Shown here one piece after another: positions 9,864 through 19,800 of a stretch of DNA of 64,000 bases. This stretch comes from a virus (lineage: Duplodnaviria; Heunggongvirae; Uroviricota; Caudoviricetes): IMG/VR virus record IMGVR_UViG_3300037789_000070, positions 138,576-202,575 of that record. The stretch is one strand, 5' to 3'. The position numbers and the translations under genes were made by a program. A model generated the notes under the pieces. The model made no database searches and had not been told where the DNA came from. It saw only the letters and a program-made list of their open reading frames with translations. The number at the start of each line of letters is the position of its first letter. The stretch's first letter is position 1.

Positions 9864-9871
9864 AGAATACT

Positions 9872-10297
9872 ATGGCTGAAATCAAAATTAGCCTCTTACC
9901 GGATATTCTAAAGAAAAGCACTGATGGAAGTGTCAATATGACATACCAACAAATACACAGTGCTTGTCTAAGTGGTGATATTCCAGTCACTCGATCTGCA
10001 ACCAATAGGTTGTATGTCCAAGAAGATAAAATCCCAGAAATTATAGAAACTTTTTCTTTACAGAATGAACAGGCTCGTATTGAACGAGAAGTTGCTGAAA
10101 AGGCCAAACGCCTAGGAGTACCTGTCATTCCTAAAAAGGAGAGTAAACCAATTGCCCCTACAGAAACCAACCCAGTGGTTTCTATATGCGGTCAATGTGG
10201 TATGGAAATGAGAGCAGTTATGCATTACTCGTGCAGTAGAAGTGATTGTCCTTGTTTCACAAATTTAACTTTTACAAACGAGGTAAAAAATGATTGA
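9872..10297 (+). CDS. small protein with N-terminal HTH-like segment and C-terminal Cys4 zinc ribbon
   Basis: C-terminal CGQCGMEMRAVMHYSCSRSDCPC. N-terminal TYQQIHSACLSGDIPVTRSATNRLYV resembles MerR/Xis-type HTH. Overlaps the vWA gene by 8 nt. Confidence 0.6.
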   Translation: MAEIKISLLPDILKKSTDGSVNMTYQQIHSACLSGDIPVTRSATNRLYVQEDKIPEIIETFSLQNEQARIEREVAEKAKRLGVPVIPKKESKPIAPTETNPVVSICGQCGMEMRAVMHYSCSRSDCPCFTNLTFTNEVKND

Positions 10298-10943
10298 CAA
10301 TATTAATTTGTCTAAAAACAACAAGACAGTAGTAACACTTCTAGTAGATGCCAGTGGAAGCATGGGTTCATGCTACAATGAAACCATTTCGGGTATTAAT
10401 GAGTATATCGATACTTTGAAAGCTTCTGATGGTAACATTACCTTTTCGTTGATTTCTTTCAATGGTATCACAGGGGCTACAGTTATTAATAAGAATGAAA
10501 AGATTAATAATGTTGAACCGCTCACTGAGTCGGTCTACCAGACAACTGGTGCCACTCCACTTTACGAATCCATCGAAAAGGCAATTGATGCTACTAAGGA
10601 AGTAGTTGGCAACGACGATGTAAATGTGGTGTTTGTTATCCAGACGGATGGTGTTGAGAATTGTTCTGCTCCGGGCTATAATAAACAGACTTCTTCCAAA
10701 AAGATTAAAGACCTTACCAGTAAGGGATGGCAGTTCATTTTTATGGGAACTGATATCGATGCGTATGGAGAGGCCGGTGGACTTGGCATTTCAACCACTA
10801 ACACGGTGAAATACAGACGAGACAATACTAGAGAATTGTATAGATCAATTGGAATGAATACAGTGGCATATGCTTCATCAGCAAATGCTACCACTATGAA
10901 TTTCTCTGACCAACAAAAATCTCAATTAGAAGATAGCGAGTAA
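10290..10943 (+). CDS. von Willebrand factor type A (vWA) domain protein with complete MIDAS
   Basis: LLVDASGSM (DxSxS), a T in TTGATPL and a D in VIQTDGVEN give a complete MIDAS, with alternating hydrophobic beta-strand pattern. Confidence 0.8.
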   Translation: MIDNINLSKNNKTVVTLLVDASGSMGSCYNETISGINEYIDTLKASDGNITFSLISFNGITGATVINKNEKINNVEPLTESVYQTTGATPLYESIEKAIDATKEVVGNDDVNVVFVIQTDGVENCSAPGYNKQTSSKKIKDLTSKGWQFIFMGTDIDAYGEAGGLGISTTNTVKYRRDNTRELYRSIGMNTVAYASSANATTMNFSDQQKSQLEDSE

Positions 10944-10949
10944 ATGAAA

Positions 10950-10975
10950 AAGGGGACTTCGGTTCCCTTTTTTAA
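10950..10975. terminator. intrinsic terminator (UUCG tetraloop hairpin plus T-run)
   Basis: GGGGAC-TTCG-GTTCCC followed by T6. Lies between convergent genes. Confidence 0.7.
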
Positions 10976-11289
10976 TGTTTGGTCATTCCAATAGTCTTGA
11001 TTATTTTAAGACGGATACTAGACCCAACAACGCCGTTTAACATGACGTCCACACCAGCAAAAACATCATCCGGTAGATTTGGTATCACTTTGAATTCACA
11101 TTCTGGATGTATTTGAGAGATAATTTTTTCTATAGATTCGAAGATATTGATAGATTGTGATATAGAAGACATCACTTTTGATTCTTGTTTTGGTACTAGA
11201 TTATATGGGTTACTGTCATTTGGGACTACAGTTACATAGAAAAAGGTTCCCTCAAAAGTGTCTTGAGTTGTTTTCTTTTCTTCACTCAT
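10972..11289 (-). CDS. hypothetical protein (105 aa)
   Basis: ORF. Confidence 0.5.
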   Translation of the reverse strand: MSEEKKTTQDTFEGTFFYVTVVPNDSNPYNLVPKQESKVMSSISQSINIFESIEKIISQIHPECEFKVIPNLPDDVFAGVDVMLNGVVGSSIRLKIIKTIGMTKH

Positions 11290-11291
11290 GT

Positions 11292-11690
11292 TTACCCAAT
11301 TAGCTTAGTTAATAATTTTTCGTAATCAATTTTGCCTTCTCTAAAACTTCTTTCTTTTCGTTTTTCTTCGGGAGAAGGTTTTTTTTCAGTGTCCATCTGA
11401 ACACGTTGTCTTTTAATTTCGGGTCTTAGCCAACCATCTTCTGTGTTATAAGACCTTCTGATGATAGCATTTTTTCTTTTTCTAGAATTTATTTGTACGA
11501 ATTCTATAAAGCCGTCTCGAAGTAATTCCACTTTATAAACGGGATCGCCCTCAGAAACAGGTTCACAAGAAATTATATAAGGGTCGCCGCTGGCATCCCG
11601 ATCCATTTGGCGGGCAGCATCTTCCTCGTCTATGGCATTTCTCACGCCGGTCGGTAATTTTGAGTATAGCTCTGCAAAACGGTTCTTCAT
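11292..11690 (-). CDS. hypothetical protein (132 aa), basic C-terminus
   Basis: ORF. Confidence 0.5.
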   Translation of the reverse strand: MKNRFAELYSKLPTGVRNAIDEEDAARQMDRDASGDPYIISCEPVSEGDPVYKVELLRDGFIEFVQINSRKRKNAIIRRSYNTEDGWLRPEIKRQRVQMDTEKKPSPEEKRKERSFREGKIDYEKLLTKLIG

Positions 11691-11730
11691 TATTTTCCTC
11701 GTATTATAGTATTTACATTCGCGGTTCTAT

Positions 11731-12111
11731 ATGATAAAACGTAGTCCTCAAATCAAATTACCCAAAGGGATTATTAACATGGACGACTTTAAAGGACCAA
11801 CCAAGGCCGTAATTTGGGGTCTAGGGGTTTTTCTACTCGTGATTGTTGTGATGACCATTTTCAGTGGCTACCTTCGTGAATATACAGTTGACGTAGAACG
11901 CCAGATTTATGAAAAGAGTTATCAGAAGGTTCAAGGTGATGCTGAACGTATCAACATGCTGGAAGCTGAACTCGCTGGCGTAAACGCAGGTCTCAATGAT
12001 CCTGAAACTACGGACGAAGAACGAGCAATTCTTCGTCGTCAAAAGGCTATGTTGGAAGTTCAGCTTAACAGTGCTCGGGAAAATCATTCCGACACATTGT
12101 CCAAACGCTAA
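11731..12111 (+). CDS. type-II membrane protein with coiled coil (i-spanin-like?)
   Basis: One TM helix (VIWGLGVFLLVIVVMTIF) followed by a heptad-like coil (LEAELAGV...). Start may be the ATG at 11779. Confidence 0.5.
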   Translation: MIKRSPQIKLPKGIINMDDFKGPTKAVIWGLGVFLLVIVVMTIFSGYLREYTVDVERQIYEKSYQKVQGDAERINMLEAELAGVNAGLNDPETTDEERAILRRQKAMLEVQLNSARENHSDTLSKR

Positions 12112-12122
12112 AGAGACAATAA

Positions 12123-12452
12123 ATGCAAAACCTTAAATTTTGTCTGTACATTTTCTTGTGCGTTGTGGTTGGAAAACTGTTAACTTTGACATTTTTTCCA
12201 GACGGTTTGGGAGATTTGTTTTCGTCAGACACAACGGCTCAGCCGTGTGAAGTTTCACAAGCATATTACAAAAACAAATACTATCAGACTATGCAAAGGG
12301 AAATTTGGAATACCGAGTTAATTCTCGAAAACGAAACCCTTTCCGATCCTGCTAAAGCGATTTTAGAAGGACGTATAGAATTTCTAGAGGAATCTCTGGA
12401 AAGTGAAGAATGGGAAAATGGTTTCCCATTTGAATTTCAAAAAAGGAAGTAA
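12123..12452 (+). CDS. hypothetical secreted/membrane protein
   Basis: N-terminal hydrophobic segment. Confidence 0.45.
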   Translation: MQNLKFCLYIFLCVVVGKLLTLTFFPDGLGDLFSSDTTAQPCEVSQAYYKNKYYQTMQREIWNTELILENETLSDPAKAILEGRIEFLEESLESEEWENGFPFEFQKRK

Positions 12453-12453
12453 A

Positions 12454-13029
12454 ATGAAGATCTTTATGCCAATCCTGATTGCCCTTCTTTTGATGCCAGT
12501 TGCAGCTTGCAAGGGCGAAGCTTCTCAAGACCAAGAAGACACGGAAAATGTGAACCGCCAGCAGGCTCAGTATGCCAAGGCTCAGCCTATTCCGTTTTTC
12601 AATTTCTCACTTGAACGACATCTGTTGATCGAAGTCTATAAGATTCGGAACGAGAATGTTGCAACCCATACCGTTTGGCGATCAGACACTGGTGTCATCG
12701 AAGGCGACTGTCCGAGTATGGGCTATGGTATTCCTTATGATACCAGCTTGACCAATCCTCTCGTAGGTACTGATCGGGATCAGGATGGATGGGCCGGTAG
12801 CCAGCGTCTGACATCAGTGGGCCAGCCTGAACCCAACGGTGTTTTTGCAAGCACAAACACCTCTGCTACGTGGGTTTTCTGTATTGCTCCGGGCGGTGAT
12901 TTGGCCCCGGTGTATGTCGAATCGAAGGTCACCGGTTACCCCGGAACCGTCGAAGTTGACTACAACACCAATCGTGTGGTCATGAAGGGCAACCCGAACG
13001 TCACTCTCAAGCCTAGTCCTTCGATGTAA
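12454..13029 (+). CDS. lipoprotein
   Basis: MKIFMPILIALLLMPVAAC has a lipobox (VAAC). AAGGAAG RBS precedes the ATG at 12454. The track start at 12403 is probably too early. Confidence 0.65.
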   Translation: MKIFMPILIALLLMPVAACKGEASQDQEDTENVNRQQAQYAKAQPIPFFNFSLERHLLIEVYKIRNENVATHTVWRSDTGVIEGDCPSMGYGIPYDTSLTNPLVGTDRDQDGWAGSQRLTSVGQPEPNGVFASTNTSATWVFCIAPGGDLAPVYVESKVTGYPGTVEVDYNTNRVVMKGNPNVTLKPSPSM

Positions 13030-13046
13030 AAAAGAACGTCATAAAA

Positions 13047-13086
13047 GGGGCCTATCATTCTATAATGTTGATAGGCCCCTTTTTTC
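13047..13086 (+). terminator. intrinsic terminator
   Basis: GGGGCCTATCA ... TGATAGGCCCC hairpin followed by T6. Confidence 0.8.
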
Positions 13087-13103
13087 TTTTGGAGATTGAC
13101 AAA

Positions 13104-13637
13104 ATGTTTGACACAAAAAATTACATATATGAAGAAATCAAAAACAAAGATGATGACTATTACATGTTTCCTTTACTGGATAACAAAACGGTCTCCTTCC
13201 TATTGAAGGACCAACGCATTCATGGCGTTCTTAGTCCCGGAATGGATTCCTTTCTCTATTTTTGTGATGAGATGAACGGAGTTCAATGGCGCATTGAAGC
13301 ATATGACCAAATGATTCCTGTTGGACCATTGTTTGTGCTCAATGAAAAGGGACTTGAAATTGTCAAGAATGATAGTGGATATAAATTTTATCACGATGAA
13401 GATATCTATACAAAAGCACATGAAAAAATTGATCGTATTGACGACCTCATTCTAACCTATGGTCATCTAACAGATACAGAAAAACAAGTATGGGTTCTTG
13501 ATCAAGTCATTCGCATTATTCATGGCGAAAATTATGACAAATGGGTTGAGGAATATGAACTTCCTGTAATGGAAGATGATGAAGGGCGTGTTCTCAAGTA
13601 TGATTGGGACACTGGTGTTGAACCTGAAATGGATTAG
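13104..13637 (+). CDS. hypothetical protein
   Basis: The track start at 13065 lies inside the terminator hairpin. The ATG at 13104 has GGAG upstream. Confidence 0.55.
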   Translation: MFDTKNYIYEEIKNKDDDYYMFPLLDNKTVSFLLKDQRIHGVLSPGMDSFLYFCDEMNGVQWRIEAYDQMIPVGPLFVLNEKGLEIVKNDSGYKFYHDEDIYTKAHEKIDRIDDLILTYGHLTDTEKQVWVLDQVIRIIHGENYDKWVEEYELPVMEDDEGRVLKYDWDTGVEPEMD

Positions 13638-13642
13638 ACCTT

Positions 13643-13843
13643 ATGGATTTGTTCGTTGTAGGGGAAATTTCTCCAAAATCTAAATATTGGTCTCCTTCTG
13701 CCGATTTCTCTTTGGTATGGGCCGAAGATGAGAAGGCCGTGAAAAAACTTCTAGGCGAAGATCAAAAATATGTCACTAAGGTTGATTTGAATGAACCCTG
13801 TATTCTTTACGATCCCGCAAATAAATTTAGCGGAGAAGGTTGA
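13643..13843 (+). CDS. hypothetical small protein (66 aa)
   Basis: ORF. Confidence 0.4.
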   Translation: MDLFVVGEISPKSKYWSPSADFSLVWAEDEKAVKKLLGEDQKYVTKVDLNEPCILYDPANKFSGEG

Positions 13844-13852
13844 TTTTTGACC

Positions 13853-13860
13853 TATAAATA
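13853..13860 (+). promoter_or_regulatory. T4-late-type promoter box TATAAATA
   Basis: Exact TATAAATA 27 nt upstream of the ATG of the giant structural gene. Confidence 0.5.
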
Positions 13861-13886
13861 TTGGGAGTTAAAAGGACTTCCAATAT

Positions 13887-16800
13887 ATGCATCGTATTGA
13901 CAGCGAAGGTAATGTAAGCAATCAATTTTCAGCCGGTAACGAAAGTGTAAAAGGCACTGTAGTTTCCGCAGAATGGCTCAATGATGTTCAAGAAAATATC
14001 ATGGCTATTCTTTCTGCTGCAGGAATCACTGCCACCAAAGGTAGATCAGCAGACCTTCTAGATTCTATCAATAAACTCATTTCACAGGGCGCTGGTAACG
14101 ATTTAGCTGATATCGATGCCCTACGTGCTTTGACCGGAACCGCTGCCACAGCGGCTGTTATTCGAGTTCTAGACAGTGATGGTTCCGGCAATGCTGATTA
14201 CTGGTTCCGTGATCCAGTTGACGAAAGTACCCCGGATGACGGAAGTACTGTTATCGTTGACGTTGATGGCAATCGTTGGCGCAAGCAAATCACTGGTGCA
14301 TGGATTCCTTATGCTACTGGTGAAACTCTTGAAAGTTTAAAGCCCGCAGAGGGTGGTGCTGATGTTACCGGAAATAACACTTCTGCAAATACTTTATTAG
14401 TTGGCTCTACTCCTGCTGCCACCGTTGAAAGTGGTTCTTTGGTCGGCAACGAAATTTCCACCCATTTAAGTGCAAACAATTTCGTAACTAGTATTGCTGA
14501 TCTTGTTGCCCAGACAGAGGAATCTGTTGAAAATGTTGTTTTCAATGGACTGAATGTGAATAATTGGAATTCCTCTTGGTCTCCTACTGACAGATCAGTG
14601 GCATTCAATCTTAGAGTAAACAAAGCAACCAGAACTCTGACGGTTCGGTTTTCAGGACATTCCGGTCACACAGGAGCTTCTGCAATCAAGTTAGAAATTG
14701 AAGTTTCTGGCAACACTGTAGCTTCATATTCAAACTTAACAGCGAATAATATTCTATCGAATAAAGGTTCGAACGTTGATTTTGCGGCAGACAACAATGT
14801 CTATGGACCAAATGGTTTCGTGTGGAGTGAAGGTCTAACAAATACCGCCGATGATCAATTCAATATCGTATTAACAGATACTGTCACCAATCTAACCTCG
14901 TTCAGAATCAGATTGGTAACATTCAGCACTGATGACGGATCTGCCAAGAAATACATTTCTTTTGGTGATACCCCGATAATATCTAATCCGAGTATTCCAA
15001 TTCAACTTGTTGTAAGTCCTGATGATACGTCAGAACATGATGTATTGTTAATGCAAAATGCTCCCGCAGATGCAGGAGCTACTAATAGAAAAATCTTCAC
15101 AAGAACGAGTGCCCCTTCTAATCCCGGCGATGATCTTCATGAAGGGGATTTGTGGTTTGATACTGATGATGGAAACAGACAATATCATTGGAATGGCTCT
15201 TCTTGGGTCGAAGTAAGAGACTCTGGTGCTCAGGCTGGTTCTGACTTAATTTCGAATAACGGCATCACAATTGACCCAAGTTCTCTCGGTGGAGTATATG
15301 GCGGAGACCTAGTTTATTCTGACGATACTAGTTTAGAGGATTTGAAACCAGCAGAAGGTGGTGCTCAGGTCTTTACCGGAAAAAGTATTACAGAACTTAC
15401 TGACACCACTGCTGACAACATTTCCACTGGATCAGGTTCCGTACAGGACATCATTGATGGTCTGAAACTTCCATCTAATGGTGGTTTTGAAAGAGGGACG
15501 GCAGGTAGTCAGGAAATACCAGAGGCGTGGTTTAGAAGTGGTTTCTATAGTACGTCAAGGACTGAATATTATTCGGACTCCCCATCAGATACTTCCTTTG
15601 GTTCTCAGCTTTCTTATGGTGCGGAAAACGCTACTCAAAATGGTGGCTCTGTTGGATGGTGGAGAATTGGTAAAAAGTTCCAAGCTGGAAACACTGGCGA
15701 TACTCTTTCAATTTCTGCCAGAGTTAAACCCAAAACTTTCAATGTTCCAGCCTCCATTTCCAATACTCCCGGCAGTACTTCGTATTTCACAGTAAGTGAT
15801 GCTTACATAAGAATTGCTTTTTTTGAAGCCGATGGAACATTAATTTCAACTCATAACTCCAACTCACTTTCACAGCAGGTGTACGACAACGGAAATATTT
15901 CCTTACCGTACAACGTGACTGATACTTGGATACCGGATGCATTGACCTATTCAATGACGGTCCCTGCCAACACGTTCCGAGTTGACGTTTGGTTAGTTGC
16001 TGTAGGAAGTTCCGATGCCCTTTCCTCCTTAGGTCTTGAAACGGGGGACGGTGTTGTTAAATTTGACGATTTCACTTGGTCTTATACTGGTGAAATGCGT
16101 GAAGTTTCGGAAGCTACTTGGGCATCTGAACCCGGTGCAACTCATGGCGCTGAGTGGGGAACTAATATATCCGGTCAGCCAAATGATTCCGATCTTTTAA
16201 ATTCTCAACAACTCTGGTCGGATATTAGCGGAACTGGTAAGCCAGCCGATAACGCGACCAATACGAAAATCTTTGATCAAACGAGTGCCCCTTCTAATCC
16301 CGGTGATGACCTTCATGAAGGGGATATCTGGTTCGACACCGATGATAACAATCACCTTTATCGTTGGAATGGTTCTTCTTGGGTATCGTTAAGGGATGGA
16401 GGTATTGCACAGGCTATTAACGATGCAGCTACCGCCCTTTCTTCTACGGCTGCTGGCTCTCTTACTGCGTATAAATCGCCAACAGAACCAATTGGTCGAT
16501 CAGATGGCGATTTATGGTTTGATACTTCTGACGGAAACAAATTATATAGGTACAATTTTTCAACTCCTCAAATCTTGTCTGGCAACGATAGATATTTCTC
16601 TTCCGGTATAGGCAATTGGTCTGACACATCAGCGGGCGCTGGTGGTAGTGCTTCGGTAGATGGAGTAGATGAAGAGTTAGATATTGTTTCGGATGGTGTT
16701 GATTATGGTCAGGCTACTATTTCCATAACTACTGAAGCAGAAACTGAATACGAGTTGAAGTTTGATGTTTCCGGTGGTGGTAATGATTGTTCGGTGAGAG

Positions 16801-19800
16801 TGGGAACCACTTCCGGTGATAATGATGTCCATAATGAAACTTTCACCACAGGTAATGCAAAAACAGAACGGGTATATTTCACTACTGGTGTCGGTGAAAC
16901 TACAGTATATGTCAGTATTCGCAACGATGAAAATCAGACAATTTCAATTGATGAAGTAACTGTCCGTAAGACTGGTGTTTGGGAAGCCACAGATGATACT
17001 CGAATAGCAGATGCCATTACGGCTGCTGCTACTGCACAGTCTACTGCTGATGGTAAGATAGAAACATTCTTCACAACTTCTACTCCAACTGCAACCGCAG
17101 TAGGTGATCTTTGGTGGAATACCAATACCAATATAATGAGTCGTTGGAATGGTTCTATATGGGAAACTGCTTCTATTGTAGGAACCAGTCAGCTTACTGA
17201 TGATGCAAAATTAAAAACCAGAATTTTTGCTCAAGATGCAGAACCAACTGCTGACTCTGTTGGAGATATCTGGTTCGATACTGATGACGGTAACAAGACT
17301 TATCGTTGGGGCGGCGCTTCTTGGGTAGCTGTTCAAGATGAATCCATCACTCAAGCTTTAAGTGATGCGGCTGCTGCTCAATCTACCGCAGATAGTAAAG
17401 TAGAATTATTCAAACAAGATGATGAACCATTATCTGGAATGAGTTCCGGTGACATTTGGATTGACACTAATGATGGCAATAAGATCTATACATATGATGG
17501 TGCTGATTGGACTGAAACCTCAGATTCAAGAATTGCACAAGCAATCAATGATGCAGCTACTGCACAGTCTACCGCCGATGGAAAAATTACGGCATTCTTG
17601 GATGAATCGGAACCGACCGCCGAAGGTATAGGAGATTTATGGTTCAAGCCTAGTACCCAAGTAACTAGGAGATGGGATGGTTCTACATGGGAACTTTATT
17701 CTGTAACATTAACATCTAAATTAACCGATGATGCCGGACTTAAAACGCACATTTTCCGTCAAGATACTGCTCCGGCAGAACCCGGCGATACTATCAACAA
17801 TGGTGATTTGTGGATCGATACTGATGACGATAATCATCTTTATTGGTGGGATGGGACACAATGGACCACTGCTAGAGACGAACAAATCCAAGCTGCTTTG
17901 GATGCAGCTTCTACCGCTCAATCTACCGCCGATGGTAAGATTGAAGTCTTTTATGGAAACACTCCACCAATCGGCGGTGTCGAAGGAGACTTATGGTTTG
18001 ATGAAGATGATGGGAATAAACAATATCGCCATAATGGTTCTACTTGGGTAGAATTTGCTGATAGTAGGATTGGTTCTCTCGTTTCAGACTTAACAACTGT
18101 ACAAGGAACTTTGGACGGTAAGGTCAGCTTTTTCTTTGGAGGTTCTACCCCAACTGCAGAAGCTATCGGCGATCTTTGGTATGATGAAGACGATGGGCGT
18201 ATAAGAAGGTGGAACGGTTCTGAATGGATCGTTGTATCAACAAATTCACGACCATATCTTTCTGACACAGAACCTTCTTCACCAACTTATACATTATACG
18301 CGGGCGATCTTTGGTATGATACTGATGATGGAAACAAGCCCTATTATTGGGATGGAACTCAATGGGTATTGATCAGAGATGGTGGAATAACAGAAGCATT
18401 CAATGCTGCTGTTGCTGCTCAGTCTACTGCTGATGGGAAAATTGCCGCCTTCATTCAACCAGCAGAGCCTAATTCTGGAATGGAGGAAGGTGATTTCTGG
18501 TATGATACCGATAATGGAAATCGTGTTTATAGATATGACGGTTCAGATTGGGTGGAAGTATCTGACACTAGAATTTCACAAGCTATTTCTGATGCTGCAA
18601 CAGCACAAGCTACTGCTGATGGCAAAATTGAAACCTTTCTTACAAGTAATAATACCCCACCAGCTTTACCTTCTGAGGGCGATCTTTGGTATGATAGTGG
18701 CACTGAATTATTCAAGAGGTGGAATGGAAGCTCTTGGGAAACGGTCTCTAATAGTTTCTCAAATACCAGCCAATTAGTAGATGATGCTAACTTAGGACAG
18801 ACTGCGCTTTGGGCCTCCGTCACTGGAGCGGATAAACCTGCCGACAACGCCACCAATAGTAAAGTTCTCATCGGTCCAACAGAGCCTGACACTGATCTTC
18901 ATGAAGGAGATATCTGGTATGATAGTAGTGATGGTCAAAAGATGCATCGCTATGATGGCTCTGATTGGATAGAAGTAACAGATGATGGCGCGGCTGCTGG
19001 TCGTGATCTATTGGCTGCGTTGCAGGCTGCTGGTCTGAATCAAAGCGTTGCAGATATTGTTTCAACAAGCAATAGAGCCGCTGAGACTCTTCCATTAACT
19101 GGGGTGAATATTAATGATTGGAGTGAAATCTATGGCGGGGGTGGCCGTCGAGGTATATTCCTCTCTTTTGCAATAGACAGGGACCCAACCAGCCCTACCT
19201 ATAAGAGATGTACTATTGGTCTTTATGGTCGTAACAACCATACTGGTGATGGTAGCGTCGATTTAGAATTAGAAGTCTACAACAATACTATCGATACTTT
19301 CAGTTCCAACACGTTTGATGGTTCGATTACTGAGAAGTCTGGTGGATTGGATTTCACAGAAAGTGGAAACACATTCTGGGGTCCTAATGGATTAGTCACG
19401 TCTCAGTCAATGACCGATGCAGTTGATGACGTTGCTTACTTCACACTAACAAATGCGCCAGATCAATCTACTACATTCAGGCTAAGAGTTAGAGAATTAG
19501 AAACGACAGATACTTCTGGTGTTGCATTTGTAACCCTAGGCGATAAACCAGTGGTAGCTGACGTTCCAACGCCTTTCCAGTTTATCTTCTCCCCATCAGA
19601 CAGTACTGATCTAGATGTTCTAATCATGGCAAATGCTCCTGCCCAAGCGGGAGCTACCAATACTAAATTCTTTAGACAAGATGACGCACCTGTTAATCCG
19701 GGCGCGGATCTTCATGATGGTGATATTTGGGTAGACACAAATGATGGCAACAAACTTTACCGTTGGAGTGGTTCTGATAACGGCGGCACAGATGAATGGC

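Noticed and set aside
9586-10170. Minus-strand ORF (194 aa) overlapping 9244-9780 and 9872-10297.
   Set aside because: It spans an intergenic hairpin and two well-supported plus-strand genes (Zn-ribbon/vWA operon), so it is a likely shadow ORF.
13065-13103. Track start of ORF 13065-13637 at 13065.
   Set aside because: The first 13 codons lie within the terminator hairpin 13047-13086. The internal ATG at 13104 has a GGAG RBS and was preferred.
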